Assembly: GCA_017695025.1 (NCBI GenBank)
Contig: JADILX010000082.1
Coordinates: 11,112-75,111, forward strand
Reading direction: 5' to 3'
Length of the DNA: 64,000 nt
Origin: Candidatus Cryptobacteroides excrementavium
Lineage (GTDB): Bacteria; Bacteroidota; Bacteroidia; Bacteroidales; UBA932
The notes beneath the pieces were generated by a model, which made no database searches, had not been told where the DNA came from, and saw only the letters and a program-made list of their open reading frames with translations. This document shows, piece after piece, positions 55,701 to 64,000 of the stretch (positions are counted from its first letter, which is position 1; the number at the start of each line of letters is the position of its first letter). The translations under genes and the position numbers were made by a program.

Positions 55701-55844
55701 TTACCGGGCCTTGATCATCAGTTACTATACCGCTGACTGTACCCCCCCCACAGATGTCTGAGCCTGCGCGAAGGACGAAGTCAGTTCATTCAGACCGGCA
55801 AAGCACAACACGGCAATGCAACATCTGAACAATGTGAACCTCAT
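52786..55844 (-). CDS. susC: SusC/RagA TonB-dependent outer membrane transporter, disrupted as sequenced by a frameshift at a G8 tract
   Basis: The body ORF 52786..55689 has a carboxypeptidase-regulatory-like domain, plug and barrel, and ends in F. The signal peptide MRFTLFRCCIAVLCFAGLNELTSSFAQAQ starts at 55844 in a different frame. The two frames meet at 55742-55749. Confidence 0.9.
55742..55749 (-). repeat. Homopolymer tract of 8 G (8 C on the + strand) at the signal-peptide/mature-protein junction of susC
   Basis: Counted directly: a-cccccccc-a at 55741-55750. Nine or six G would restore a single reading frame. Confidence 0.95.
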
Positions 55845-55938
55845 TGTTTTTAGCATAATAATAGAAAGGTTATTAATTAGTGTTAGTATGTATTGACAAC
55901 AAATGTTTGCGTATCCGATTCCGACAGTTACAATATTA

Positions 55939-55946
55939 CAAAGATA
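55939..55946 (-). promoter_or_regulatory. -7 promoter box TATCTTTG for the susC operon
   Basis: Exact TAnnTTTG match on the minus strand, 95 nt upstream of the ATG at 55844. Confidence 0.4.
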
Positions 55947-56060
55947 ATATATTTATCTGATTTCCCTACAATATATTAAATATTTAAAGTCTCTTCAGTG
56001 CGTCTGCACAAAAATGTAAAAGCTATAGCCTCAGAAAGGACAATGATTAAATAATATTCA

Positions 56061-56068
56061 TATATTTG
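56061..56068 (+). promoter_or_regulatory. -7 promoter box TATATTTG for the nagB-II operon
   Basis: Exact TAnnTTTG match, 65 nt upstream of the ATG at 56133. Confidence 0.45.
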
Positions 56069-56132
56069 CATATTAGGGATGTTGCGACGAGCCTTCAAGA
56101 GAAGAGAACAGAACAAACACACATAATATCAT

Positions 56133-58049
56133 ATGAAACACTTTTCTTTACCTAAAGACGGAGGTCTTATAGAAAAGGGACTTCCGAAAGACATTCTCCA
56201 CAGTTACGAAAAGATTCCTGCCGAAATCTATGATACGGCGGAAAATGCCTGTTCAGATCTCGCAGAAACCATTATCTCGGCAATCAGGAGCCATAAAGGG
56301 GAGACGTTCAGACTCGGACTGAGCACCGGGACGACTCCGGTCACCCTCTACCGTGAACTCGTAAAGAGATACAATGCCGGGGAAGTGTCCTTTGCAGATG
56401 TGGAAGTATTCAGCATCGACGAGTATTACCCTGCCGTATCAGGAGGCAAGCAGAGCAGAAACTTCCGCCTGTATGATGAATTCCTCAACCAGGTCGATGT
56501 GAAAAAGGGGAATATACATATTCCTGACGGGAATGTGAACAAGGACAACGTATCAGAATATTGCGCCGACTATGACAGGGCGATATCAGGTCTTGACCTG
56601 CTTGTTATCGGAGTGGGAGAACAAGGCCAGATAGGGTTCAATGAGGCCGGCTCCTCCGCAAAGAGCCGCACACGGACAGTGCTCCTTTCCTACAAGTCAA
56701 GGAAAGCCCAGTCAAGGAACTTCAACGGCAATATTGCAGACACCCCGAAGACAGCCATCACAATAGGCATCGCCACAATGATGAGCGCAAAGAAAATCAT
56801 CCTGATGGCATGGGGCGAAGACAAGGCGCAGGTAGTAAAAGATGTTGTGGAAGGGCCGGTTACTCCTTCCTGCCCTGCTTCATTCCTGCAGAGGCACGAG
56901 AACATCAGCATCTACACTGACGACAACTCGGGAAGCATGCTGACAAGGATAGTCGCCCCATGGCTGGTAGGCCCTTGCGACTGGACCCCGAAATTCGTGA
57001 GAAAAGCCGTGGTATGGCTCTGTGAGACAGTCCACAAGCCGATTCTGAAACTCACCCACCAGGACTACATCGAAAATTCTCTCGGAGAACTTCTTGAGAC
57101 AAGGGGAGCGTATGACAAGATCAATATAGACGTATTCAACGACCTCCAGCATACCATCAGCGGCTGGCCTGGAGGAAAGCCGAATGCCGACGACTCCACA
57201 AGACCTGTATCTTCCACCCCGTTCCCGAAAAGAGTGGTTGTCTTCTCTCCGCATCCTGATGATGACGTCATCTCTATGGGAGGAACATTCATCCGCCTCG
57301 TGGAACAGGGACATGACGTGCATGTGGCATATGAGACATCCGGTAACGTCGCCGTACATGATGACGTCGTCCTCCAGCACATGGACACTGCGCATGAACT
57401 CGGTTTCGCGGACAAGTTCGATGAGGTCAAGGCGATTGTAGAGTCAAAGAGGCCGGGCGAGCCTGAGCCGAGGGCACTTCTGGATATCAAGGCCGCAATC
57501 CGCAGGGCTGAGGCACGCAGCGCCGTAAGGTCATTCGGGCTGAATGAAAACACGAATGCACACTTCCTCAACCTTCCGTTCTATGAGACAGGAGGCATCA
57601 AGAAAGGGGAGCGCACGCAGAAGGATATCGACATCATCATCGGCCTTCTCCAGAAAGTAAAGCCACACCAGATATATCTTGCCGGAGACCTTGCAGACCC
57701 GCACGGGACCCACAGGGTATGTACAGAAGCCGTACTTGAAGCCCTTGACCAGCTCAAGGATGAGGCATGGCTCAAGGAATGCCATGTATGGCTCTACAGG
57801 GGTGCATGGATGGAATGGGAACTCGGCAAGGTGGATATGGCAGTTCCTCTCAGCCCTGACGAGGTCATCAAGAAACGCCACGCCATCTACAGGCATGTGT
57901 CCCAAAAGGACATCGTCCCGTTCCCTGGCGACGATTCCCGCGAGTTCTGGCAGAGGGCGGAAGACAGGACACAGAACACTGCAAGACTGTACAACGAACT
58001 CGGAATGGCGGAATACCAGGCCATCGAAGTATTCGTAAAACTGTTCTGA
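56133..58049 (+). CDS. Long-form glucosamine-6-phosphate deaminase: NagB-like N-terminal domain fused to a LmbE/PIG-L-like domain
   Basis: 638 aa. N-terminal LGLSTGTTPVTLYREL deaminase/isomerase fold. C-terminal VVFSPHPDDDVISMGGT PIG-L motif. Confidence 0.88.
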   Translation: MKHFSLPKDGGLIEKGLPKDILHSYEKIPAEIYDTAENACSDLAETIISAIRSHKGETFRLGLSTGTTPVTLYRELVKRYNAGEVSFADVEVFSIDEYYPAVSGGKQSRNFRLYDEFLNQVDVKKGNIHIPDGNVNKDNVSEYCADYDRAISGLDLLVIGVGEQGQIGFNEAGSSAKSRTRTVLLSYKSRKAQSRNFNGNIADTPKTAITIGIATMMSAKKIILMAWGEDKAQVVKDVVEGPVTPSCPASFLQRHENISIYTDDNSGSMLTRIVAPWLVGPCDWTPKFVRKAVVWLCETVHKPILKLTHQDYIENSLGELLETRGAYDKINIDVFNDLQHTISGWPGGKPNADDSTRPVSSTPFPKRVVVFSPHPDDDVISMGGTFIRLVEQGHDVHVAYETSGNVAVHDDVVLQHMDTAHELGFADKFDEVKAIVESKRPGEPEPRALLDIKAAIRRAEARSAVRSFGLNENTNAHFLNLPFYETGGIKKGERTQKDIDIIIGLLQKVKPHQIYLAGDLADPHGTHRVCTEAVLEALDQLKDEAWLKECHVWLYRGAWMEWELGKVDMAVPLSPDEVIKKRHAIYRHVSQKDIVPFPGDDSREFWQRAEDRTQNTARLYNELGMAEYQAIEVFVKLF

Positions 58050-58055
58050 CATTTC

Positions 58056-58090
58056 CCGGCCCGCTGCAAAATGACAGGCAGACGGGCCGG
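58056..58090 (+). terminator. GC-rich hairpin between the two deaminase genes (terminator or attenuator)
   Basis: CCGGCCCG(ctgc...gcag a)CGGGCCGG gives an 8-bp stem plus 4 inner bp, followed by AACATATCTTTTAAAAA. Confidence 0.4.
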
Positions 58091-58125
58091 AACATATCTT
58101 TTAAAAACATTTAACAACAGATAAC

Positions 58126-58917
58126 ATGAGACTTATTATTGAAAACGATGACAGGAAAGGCTCGGCATGGGCTGCAAGATACATTGTGTCAAGAATCAAG
58201 GCAAAGGCTGCGGTATCAGAGAAGCCATTTGTCCTCGGACTGCCGACAGGCTCGACTCCTATAGGCACATACAAGGAACTCATCCGGATGTATCAGGCCG
58301 GTGAAGTCTCTTTCAAGAATGTGATTACATTCAACATGGACGAATATGTGGGTCTTCCCGAGTCACATCCAGAAAGTTACCACTCATTCATGGCCAGAAA
58401 CTTCTTTGATCATGTGGATGTCCCGAAGGAAAACATAAATATCCTGAACGGCAACGCACCTGACCTCGCGGCAGAATGCGCTTCATACGAAGCAAGAATC
58501 GAGGCAGCAGGCGGCATCGACCTTTTCATGGGAGGCGTCGGAGAAGACGGACATCTGGCATTCAATGAACCGTTCTCATCTCTCGTATCAAGGACAAGGG
58601 TAAAGACTCTGACATACGACACAAGAGTCGTCAACTCCAGATTCTTCGACAATAATATCGACAAGGTGCCGGCTCTTGCACTGACTGTCGGTGTAGGGAC
58701 TGTGATGTCTTCAAAGGAAGTCCTTGTACTTGCATTCGGACACAAGAAAGCCCGTGCCCTCCAGCAGGCTGTCGAAGGAGCATATTCACAGACATGCACC
58801 CTCTCGGCGCTGCAGGCGCATCAGCACGGTATCATCGTATGTGACGAACTTGCTGCAGGCGAACTCAAGGTCAACACATACAGATACTTCAAAGACATAG
58901 AGAAAGACAATCTTTAA
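58126..58917 (+). CDS. nagB: Glucosamine-6-phosphate deaminase (classical short form)
   Basis: 263 aa. MRLIIE start, [33 protein letters not shown]. Confidence 0.95.
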   Translation: MRLIIENDDRKGSAWAARYIVSRIKAKAAVSEKPFVLGLPTGSTPIGTYKELIRMYQAGEVSFKNVITFNMDEYVGLPESHPESYHSFMARNFFDHVDVPKENINILNGNAPDLAAECASYEARIEAAGGIDLFMGGVGEDGHLAFNEPFSSLVSRTRVKTLTYDTRVVNSRFFDNNIDKVPALALTVGVGTVMSSKEVLVLAFGHKKARALQQAVEGAYSQTCTLSALQAHQHGIIVCDELAAGELKVNTYRYFKDIEKDNL

Positions 58918-59028
58918 CAGGTCCGCCACCTGCATGACAGGGATGGGGATCCAGAAGGTGACTTTTGGTCCCCATTCACTGTATAATATTCATTCATGCC
59001 ATACGGCATGGCAACAAACCACAATATA

Positions 59029-60603
59029 ATGACAAATCTGAAATTAATCTGTCCAATTGCCGGCACCGTCGTACTCGGAATGTCACTTACGGCATGTAAC
59101 CAGAAGAACGGGAAAGAATCTCCGCTCAACATAGTGTACATCATGACTGATGACCATACTGCACAGATGATGAGCTGCTATGACACCCGCTACATCGAGA
59201 CCCCGAACCTTGACAGAATAGCCGCTGACGGGGTAAGGTTCACAAACAGTTTCGTAGCCAACTCACTGAGCGGCCCGAGCCGGGCATGCATGATCACCGG
59301 AAAGCACTCTTGCGCAAACAGGTTCTATGACAACACCACCTGTGTCTTCGACGGTTCACAGCAGACATTTCCCAAACTCCTGCAGAAAGCCGGCTACCAG
59401 ACGGCCCTTGTCGGGAAATGGCATCTTGAAAGCCTTCCGACGGGATTTGACTGGTGGGAAATACTGCCCGGACAGGGGGACTACTACAACCCTGAATTCG
59501 TCACACAGCAGAATGACACCATTCCTCGGCACGGATATGTGACAGACATCATTACGGATGACGCCATCGACTGGATTGAAAACAAGAGGGACAAGGACAA
59601 GCCGTTCTGCCTGCTCATCCACCACAAGGCAATACACAGAAACTGGATGGCAGATACTGCAGACCTGAATCTATACGAAGACAAGGTGTTCCCTGTTCCG
59701 GAGACATTCTATGATGACTATGCCGGAAGACCTGCCGCCGCAGCACAGGAAATGAGCATAATAAAAGACATGGATCTCATCTATGACCTGAAGATGCTTG
59801 CCCCGGGGAAAGACTCAAGGCTCAAAGACACCTACATCCCGATGCTTGACAGAATGGACCCGGAGCAGAGAGAGGCCTGGGACAGGTTCTACGCACCGAT
59901 AATCAAGGAATTCTACTCAAAGGCCCCGGAAGGGAAAGCCCTTGCCGAATGGAAATTCCAGAGGTATATGCGGGACTATATGAAGACTGTGAAGTCGCTC
60001 GATGACAATGTGGGCCGTGTTCTTGACTACCTTGAAGAAAAAGGTCTGCTTGAAAATACTCTCGTTGTATACACATCGGACCAGGGCTTCTATATGGGAG
60101 AGCACGGCTGGTTCGACAAGAGATTCATGTATGAAGAATCCATGCGCACCCCGCTCATCATGAGACTCCCGGATGGCTTCAGCCGTAGAGGTGACATCAC
60201 GGAACTCGTCCAGAACATCGACTATGCCCCGACTTTCCTTGAACTGGCCGGCGCTGAAATCCCTGAAGACATCCATGGCGTCTCCCTCGTCCCGCTGCTC
60301 AGAGGAGAGCATCCGCAGGACTGGAGGACTGCACTGTACTACCATTTCTACGAATACCCTGCTGAACATATGGTAAAACGCCACTATGGCATCCGTACAG
60401 ACAGGTACAAACTCATACACTTCTATAATGACATCGATGAATGGGAACTCTTCGACCTCAGGAATGACCCGTACGAACTTGACAATCTCTACGGCAGGGA
60501 AGAGTATGGACATCTTGCAGACAGTCTGAAGGCAAGCATGCTTTCACTGCAGGAAGAATATGATGACCCGGTGAGGTTTTCAACCGCGACAGACAGATAC
60601 TGA
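59029..60603 (+). CDS. Sulfatase family lipoprotein (Ser-type formylglycine motif)
   Basis: MTNLKLICPIAGTVVLGMSLTAC lipobox. IVYIMTDDH metal site. SGPSRACMITG follows the (C/S)xPxR pattern with Ser. Alternative upstream ATGs are at 58996 and 59008. Confidence 0.88.
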   Translation: MTNLKLICPIAGTVVLGMSLTACNQKNGKESPLNIVYIMTDDHTAQMMSCYDTRYIETPNLDRIAADGVRFTNSFVANSLSGPSRACMITGKHSCANRFYDNTTCVFDGSQQTFPKLLQKAGYQTALVGKWHLESLPTGFDWWEILPGQGDYYNPEFVTQQNDTIPRHGYVTDIITDDAIDWIENKRDKDKPFCLLIHHKAIHRNWMADTADLNLYEDKVFPVPETFYDDYAGRPAAAAQEMSIIKDMDLIYDLKMLAPGKDSRLKDTYIPMLDRMDPEQREAWDRFYAPIIKEFYSKAPEGKALAEWKFQRYMRDYMKTVKSLDDNVGRVLDYLEEKGLLENTLVVYTSDQGFYMGEHGWFDKRFMYEESMRTPLIMRLPDGFSRRGDITELVQNIDYAPTFLELAGAEIPEDIHGVSLVPLLRGEHPQDWRTALYYHFYEYPAEHMVKRHYGIRTDRYKLIHFYNDIDEWELFDLRNDPYELDNLYGREEYGHLADSLKASMLSLQEEYDDPVRFSTATDRY

Positions 60604-60649
60604 TACCCTGTCCCCGGCCCTGTCGGGACATGCATATATAATGACATCA

Positions 60650-60692
60650 GAGAGGGTGGGTCAAAAGTCTGGCCCACCCTCTCCTTATTTTA
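60650..60692 (+). terminator. Rho-independent terminator of the sulfatase gene
   Basis: GAGAGGGTGGG-(12 nt)-CCCACCCTCTC is an 11-bp stem, followed by CTTATTTTA. Confidence 0.65.
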
Positions 60693-60771
60693 TCACATGG
60701 AAATGTTTTTCAGTCTTTCAGACAATTATTTAAACCGCAAAATCGTTTTCAATTTTTGCGGCACTATACGC

Positions 60772-60806
60772 ATAAAAATAGACCGGCTCGGACTTCGAGC
60801 CGGTCT
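60772..60806 (-). terminator. Rho-independent terminator of the rpoA-rplQ operon
   Basis: AGACCGGCTCG-(5 nt)-CGAGCCGGTCT is an 11-bp stem, followed on the minus strand by ATTTTTAT. It lies 49 nt after the rplQ stop. Confidence 0.65.
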
Positions 60807-60854
60807 ATCTGGAAACAGAGGAGACTGATTCTCCCCCATTCTTCTCTTCGCGGA

Positions 60855-61454
60855 TTACTCTGCCTTCTTCTCTTCGGCAGATGCCTCTGCTGGAGCCTCT
60901 GACGCAGGAACTTCAGTTGCCGGAGTTGTGGACTCTGCTGCAGGGGCTGTCTCAACCGGAGTCTCAACAGCAGTCTCTTCTGCCTTAGGAGCCTCTGCTA
61001 CCGGTGTCTCTGCAGGAGCAGCAGCCTTCTTGGAACGGCTACGGCGTGTCCCGCTCTTCTTCACCTCTTTTGCAGGAGTAGAAGCCAGGGCTGCCTCATT
61101 GAAATCTACAAGTTCAATAAGAGCCATATCTGCTCCGTCACCCTTCCTGAAACCGGTCTTGAGAACGCGGGTGTATCCGCCCGGACGGTCAGCGATCTTA
61201 GGGGCTACCACACGGAAAAGTTCTGTGACAGCATACTTGTTCTTAAGATAGCTGAAGACCATACGGCGTGAGTGTGTAGAATCCTCTTTAGATTTTGAGA
61301 TGAGAGGTTCAACATACATCCTCAGTGCCTTTGCCTTGGCTACGGTAGTCTCGATCCTCTTGTGAAGGATGAGTGATGTCGCCATATTGGCAAGCATTGC
61401 CTTACGGTGTCCGCTCTTGCGACCGAGGTGGTTGATTGCTTTATTGTGCCTCAT
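60855..61454 (-). CDS. rplQ: 50S ribosomal protein L17 with an Ala/Glu/Pro/Thr-rich C-terminal tail
   Basis: [24 protein letters not shown] is the canonical L17 N-terminus. The core ends near residue 120 and a ~79-aa low-complexity tail follows. Confidence 0.95.
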   Translation of the reverse strand: MRHNKAINHLGRKSGHRKAMLANMATSLILHKRIETTVAKAKALRMYVEPLISKSKEDSTHSRRMVFSYLKNKYAVTELFRVVAPKIADRPGGYTRVLKTGFRKGDGADMALIELVDFNEAALASTPAKEVKKSGTRRSRSKKAAAPAETPVAEAPKAEETAVETPVETAPAAESTTPATEVPASEAPAEASAEEKKAE

Positions 61455-61456
61455 AT

Positions 61457-62464
61457 TTATACAGTCTTTTTCTTGGGTTCAATATTATATTTCGTAACAT
61501 CCATTCCGAATGAGAGCTTCATCTTCTCCACCAGCAGATCAATCTCATTGAGCGATTTCCTTCCGAAGTTCCTGAACTTCATGAGTTCTGACCTTGAATA
61601 GGATACCAGATCGGCAAAAGTATCGATGTCCGCTGCCTTCAGGCAATTGTAGGCCCTTACAGAGAGGCCCATGTCCGAAAGTTTGGTGAGAAGGAGATGC
61701 CTCATGCGAAGCGACTCTTCATCCAACTCCTTGGATTCTGACTCGACAGCACTTTCAAGAGAGAGTTTCTTCTCGTCAGTAAAGAGCTTGAAATGATAGA
61801 TGAGAATATTGGCAGCGTCCTGGAGAGCCAGTTTCGGAGAAATGGATCCGTCCGTAACTATCTCAAGTGTCAATTTCTCATAGTCGGTCTTCTGTTCCAC
61901 ACGCCAGTTCTCCACAGTCCAGTTGACATTCTTGATCGGAGTGTAGATGGCATCAACCGGGATGGTCCCGATCGGTGTATCTGGATCCCTGTTCTCATCA
62001 GCAGGGACAAATCCGCGGCCCTTGCCGATTGTCAGGGAGATCTCGAGTTTCACTGCGGTCTCAAGAGAACAGATGTGGAGTTCCGGATTCAACACCTTGA
62101 AAGAAGACAATCCCTTTGATATGTCCTCTGCAGTAAACTCCTGTTTACCGCTGACTACAATGTTTGCTACCTCCGAGTCTACAGTCTCCACCATTCTCTT
62201 GAACCTCACCTGTTTGAGATTAAGAATGATGTCCTGCATCCCCTCGATGACACCCGGGATAGTCGCGAATTCCTGATCCACGCCCGAAATGCGTATCGAA
62301 TTGATAGCAAACCCTTCCAGAGAAGACAACAATATTCTCCGGAGCGCATTGCCTATGGTCTGTCCGTATCCAGGCTCAAGCGGCCTGAACTCGAAACGGC
62401 CCACAGTATCCGTTCCTTCGAGCATTATCACCTTGTCCGGCTTCTGAAATGCTAAGATTGCCAT
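61457..62464 (-). CDS. rpoA: DNA-directed RNA polymerase subunit alpha
   Basis: 335 aa. [25 protein letters not shown], with a C-terminal domain containing [10 protein letters not shown]. Confidence 0.97.
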   Translation of the reverse strand: MAILAFQKPDKVIMLEGTDTVGRFEFRPLEPGYGQTIGNALRRILLSSLEGFAINSIRISGVDQEFATIPGVIEGMQDIILNLKQVRFKRMVETVDSEVANIVVSGKQEFTAEDISKGLSSFKVLNPELHICSLETAVKLEISLTIGKGRGFVPADENRDPDTPIGTIPVDAIYTPIKNVNWTVENWRVEQKTDYEKLTLEIVTDGSISPKLALQDAANILIYHFKLFTDEKKLSLESAVESESKELDEESLRMRHLLLTKLSDMGLSVRAYNCLKAADIDTFADLVSYSRSELMKFRNFGRKSLNEIDLLVEKMKLSFGMDVTKYNIEPKKKTV

Positions 62465-62490
62465 GTCTATGCTTGTTTAAGGTGTTAATA

Positions 62491-63093
62491 TTACTTGGAG
62501 TACAGTTCGACGATAAGCTGCTCGTTGATTGTCTCCGGAATCTCTGTCCTGACAGGGACATTGAGATATTTTCCGGTGAGAGTCTTAGGGTCAAATTCCA
62601 GCCATGAATACTTCACTGCTGAAGCTGCGCTGTTCTGGATGACCTCAAGGCTCTTTGAGCGCTCGCGTACTGCCACTACCTGGCCTGGCTTAACGATAGC
62701 CGAAGGGATGTTGCAGACTGTACCGTCAAGAGTGATGTGGCAATGCGACACAAGCTGACGGGCTGCAGCCCTTGTAGGAGCGATACCGAGACGGTACACA
62801 ATATTGTCGAGACGGGACTCGAGAAGGAAGATAAGGTTCTCACCTTTCTGTCCTTTCATGCGGGAAGCCTTCTCATACGTATTGCGGAACTGTCTTTCAA
62901 GTACACCGTAAGTATATTTTACTTTCTGCTTCTCCTTCAGCTGAGTACCATATTCGGACAATTTCTTGCGCTTTCTTGCCAAACCATGCTGTCCTGGAGG
63001 ATAATTCCTTTTCTCAAAGTATTTGTCTGCCCCGAAGATAGGTTCGCCGAATTTACGTGCGATCTTTGTTTTTGGTCCAGTATATCTTGCCAT
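62491..63093 (-). CDS. rpsD: 30S ribosomal protein S4
   Basis: [20 protein letters not shown] is the canonical S4 start. 200 aa. Confidence 0.97.
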   Translation of the reverse strand: MARYTGPKTKIARKFGEPIFGADKYFEKRNYPPGQHGLARKRKKLSEYGTQLKEKQKVKYTYGVLERQFRNTYEKASRMKGQKGENLIFLLESRLDNIVYRLGIAPTRAAARQLVSHCHITLDGTVCNIPSAIVKPGQVVAVRERSKSLEVIQNSAASAVKYSWLEFDPKTLTGKYLNVPVRTEIPETINEQLIVELYSK

Positions 63094-63120
63094 AGTAATT
63101 TATCTTTATCAGTTACGGGA

Positions 63121-63513
63121 TTAAACTTTACGACGGCCTTTTGGTCTACAGCCATTGTGTGGCATAGGAGTGACGTCGATAATCTCCGTTACCTCGATAC
63201 CTGCACCATGGATAGTCCTGATTGCTGACTCACGTCCTGCACCAGGACCCTTAACATAGGCTTTCACCTTGCGGAGTCCAAGGTCATAAGCTGTCTTCGC
63301 TGCATCTGCTGCAGCCACCTGGGCAGCATACGGGGTGTTTTTCTTTGACCCCCTGAAGCCGCTCTTACCAGCTGATGACCAACTGATTACCTGACCAGTA
63401 TTGTTTGTCAGGGTCACGATGACATTGTTGAAGGTCGATGAAATATGGGCCTGTCCATAAGCTTCAACCTTGACAACTCTCTTCTTATTAGTCGTTGATG
63501 TCTTTTTTGCCAT
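63121..63513 (-). CDS. rpsK: 30S ribosomal protein S11
   Basis: 130 aa. [18 protein letters not shown] and [13 protein letters not shown] are S11 hallmarks. Confidence 0.97.
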   Translation of the reverse strand: MAKKTSTTNKKRVVKVEAYGQAHISSTFNNVIVTLTNNTGQVISWSSAGKSGFRGSKKNTPYAAQVAAADAAKTAYDLGLRKVKAYVKGPGAGRESAIRTIHGAGIEVTEIIDVTPMPHNGCRPKGRRKV

Positions 63514-63523
63514 AGTTCATCCG

Positions 63524-63901
63524 TTATTTGGTTGCTTTCTTCTTGTTTGCAACAGTTTTCTTCTTGCCTTTTCTTGTACGGGCATTGTTCTTTGTGCTCT
63601 GTCCGCGTACAGGCAGGCCAAGACGGTGACGGATACCCCTGTAACATCCGATGTCCATAAGACGCTTGATGTTCATCTGGACAGCGGAGCGGAGTTCGCC
63701 TTCGATCTTGTACTCCTGAGCGATGAGCCCGCGGATGGCTGAAATCTGTTCGTCATTCCAGTCCCCGACCTTTGTGTCATAATCGATGCCCAGCTGGGAA
63801 AGAATCTTTCTTGCAGAGCTGCGCCCGATACCGAAGATATAGGTAAGACCTATCTCCCCTCTCTTGTTGTTAGGTAAGTCAACACCGGCTATTCTTGCCA
63901 T
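63524..63901 (-). CDS. rpsM: 30S ribosomal protein S13
   Basis: [14 protein letters not shown] is the canonical S13 start. 125 aa. Confidence 0.97.
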   Translation of the reverse strand: MARIAGVDLPNNKRGEIGLTYIFGIGRSSARKILSQLGIDYDTKVGDWNDEQISAIRGLIAQEYKIEGELRSAVQMNIKRLMDIGCYRGIRHRLGLPVRGQSTKNNARTRKGKKKTVANKKKATK

Positions 63902-63933
63902 AATCTATCATTACTTTTTTGTTATACAATCAA

Positions 63934-64000
63934 TTATCCCTGGCGCATCTTGAACTTAGGATTCTTCTTGCAGATCACGTAAAGACGGCCTTTGCGCTTT
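63934..64000 (-). CDS. rpmJ: 50S ribosomal protein L36, 5' end cut by the window edge
   Basis: The reverse complement translates to ..KRKGRLYVICKKNPKFKMRQG-stop (TAA at 63934-63936), which is the conserved L36 C-terminus. It is not in the ORF track because it is short and truncated. Confidence 0.85.
   Translation of the reverse strand, partial: KRKGRLYVICKKNPKFKMRQG

Noticed and set aside
60735-60761. 8-bp AT-rich hairpin CCGCAAAA...TTTTGCGG between the two convergent terminators.
   Set aside because: It lies in a region already bracketed by strong terminators for both flanking operons and has no promoter box nearby. It is probably incidental or a backup bidirectional terminator.
60855-61094. 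Repetitive GCC/GCT/GAG-rich DNA at the 5' side of this interval, which could be a tandem repeat or CRISPR-like array.
   Set aside because: It is in-frame low-complexity coding sequence, the L17 tail, with no regular unit length or spacer structure.
1-64000. Scan for rRNA, tRNA, CRISPR arrays, transposases, integrases, phage modules, toxin-antitoxin pairs and defence-system hallmarks.
   Set aside because: None were recognised. All intergenic regions over 100 bp were read on both strands and are accounted for by promoters, terminators and the two candidate RNAs. By eye I could miss a short tRNA-like or riboswitch element, so tRNAscan/Infernal should confirm this.

Overview
The window looks like a core chromosomal segment of a Bacteroidota genome (Bacteroidales type). 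The taxon is an inference from three things: a SusC/SusD polysaccharide utilization locus (PUL), repeated TAnnTTTG -7 promoter boxes in front of genes, and tight ATGA start/stop overlaps. About 58 protein genes are packed densely. I found no rRNA, tRNA, CRISPR array, transposase, integrase or phage genes.

Gene order from left to right:
- End of the dcw cluster: ftsW (partial), murG, murC, ftsQ, ftsA, ftsZ.
- gltX, a 64-aa membrane peptide, rpiB, truB and a MATE pump.
- An MFS / ROK-kinase / MFS sugar-uptake cluster.
- An AraC regulator divergent from a TolC / HlyD / two ABC-2 permease efflux operon that has no ATPase gene.
- mdh, a lipocalin-like lipoprotein, a Sfp-type PPTase, and nrdD-nrdG.
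- A TPR / M23 peptidase / SDR-zinc-ribbon operon.
- An ECF sigma factor coupled to a fused anti-sigma-like/TM/linker/OM beta-barrel protein.
- mlaFE, comM (yifB), tsaE, a repeat-rich lipoprotein, and sufB-pnuC-sufC-sufD-ispE.
- An H+/Na+ pyrophosphatase.
- An N-glycan-type PUL: susC, susD, GH18, a DUF1735/LamG protein and GH20-PA14. It is divergent from two glucosamine-6-P deaminases and a Ser-type sulfatase.
- The rpmJ-rpsM-rpsK-rpsD-rpoA-rplQ end of the ribosomal alpha operon.

Most noteworthy observations:
- A G8 homopolymer frameshift separates the SusC signal peptide from its barrel.
- The sigma-coupled envelope-spanning fusion protein.
- Two promoter-plus-hairpin modules with no credible ORF, which are candidate sRNAs or leaders.
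- A pnuC-family transporter sits inside a suf operon that has a half-size SufD and no sufS.
- An SDR enzyme is fused to a treble-clef-like zinc ribbon.

All protein calls rest on motifs I recognised in the supplied translations. No database search was run.
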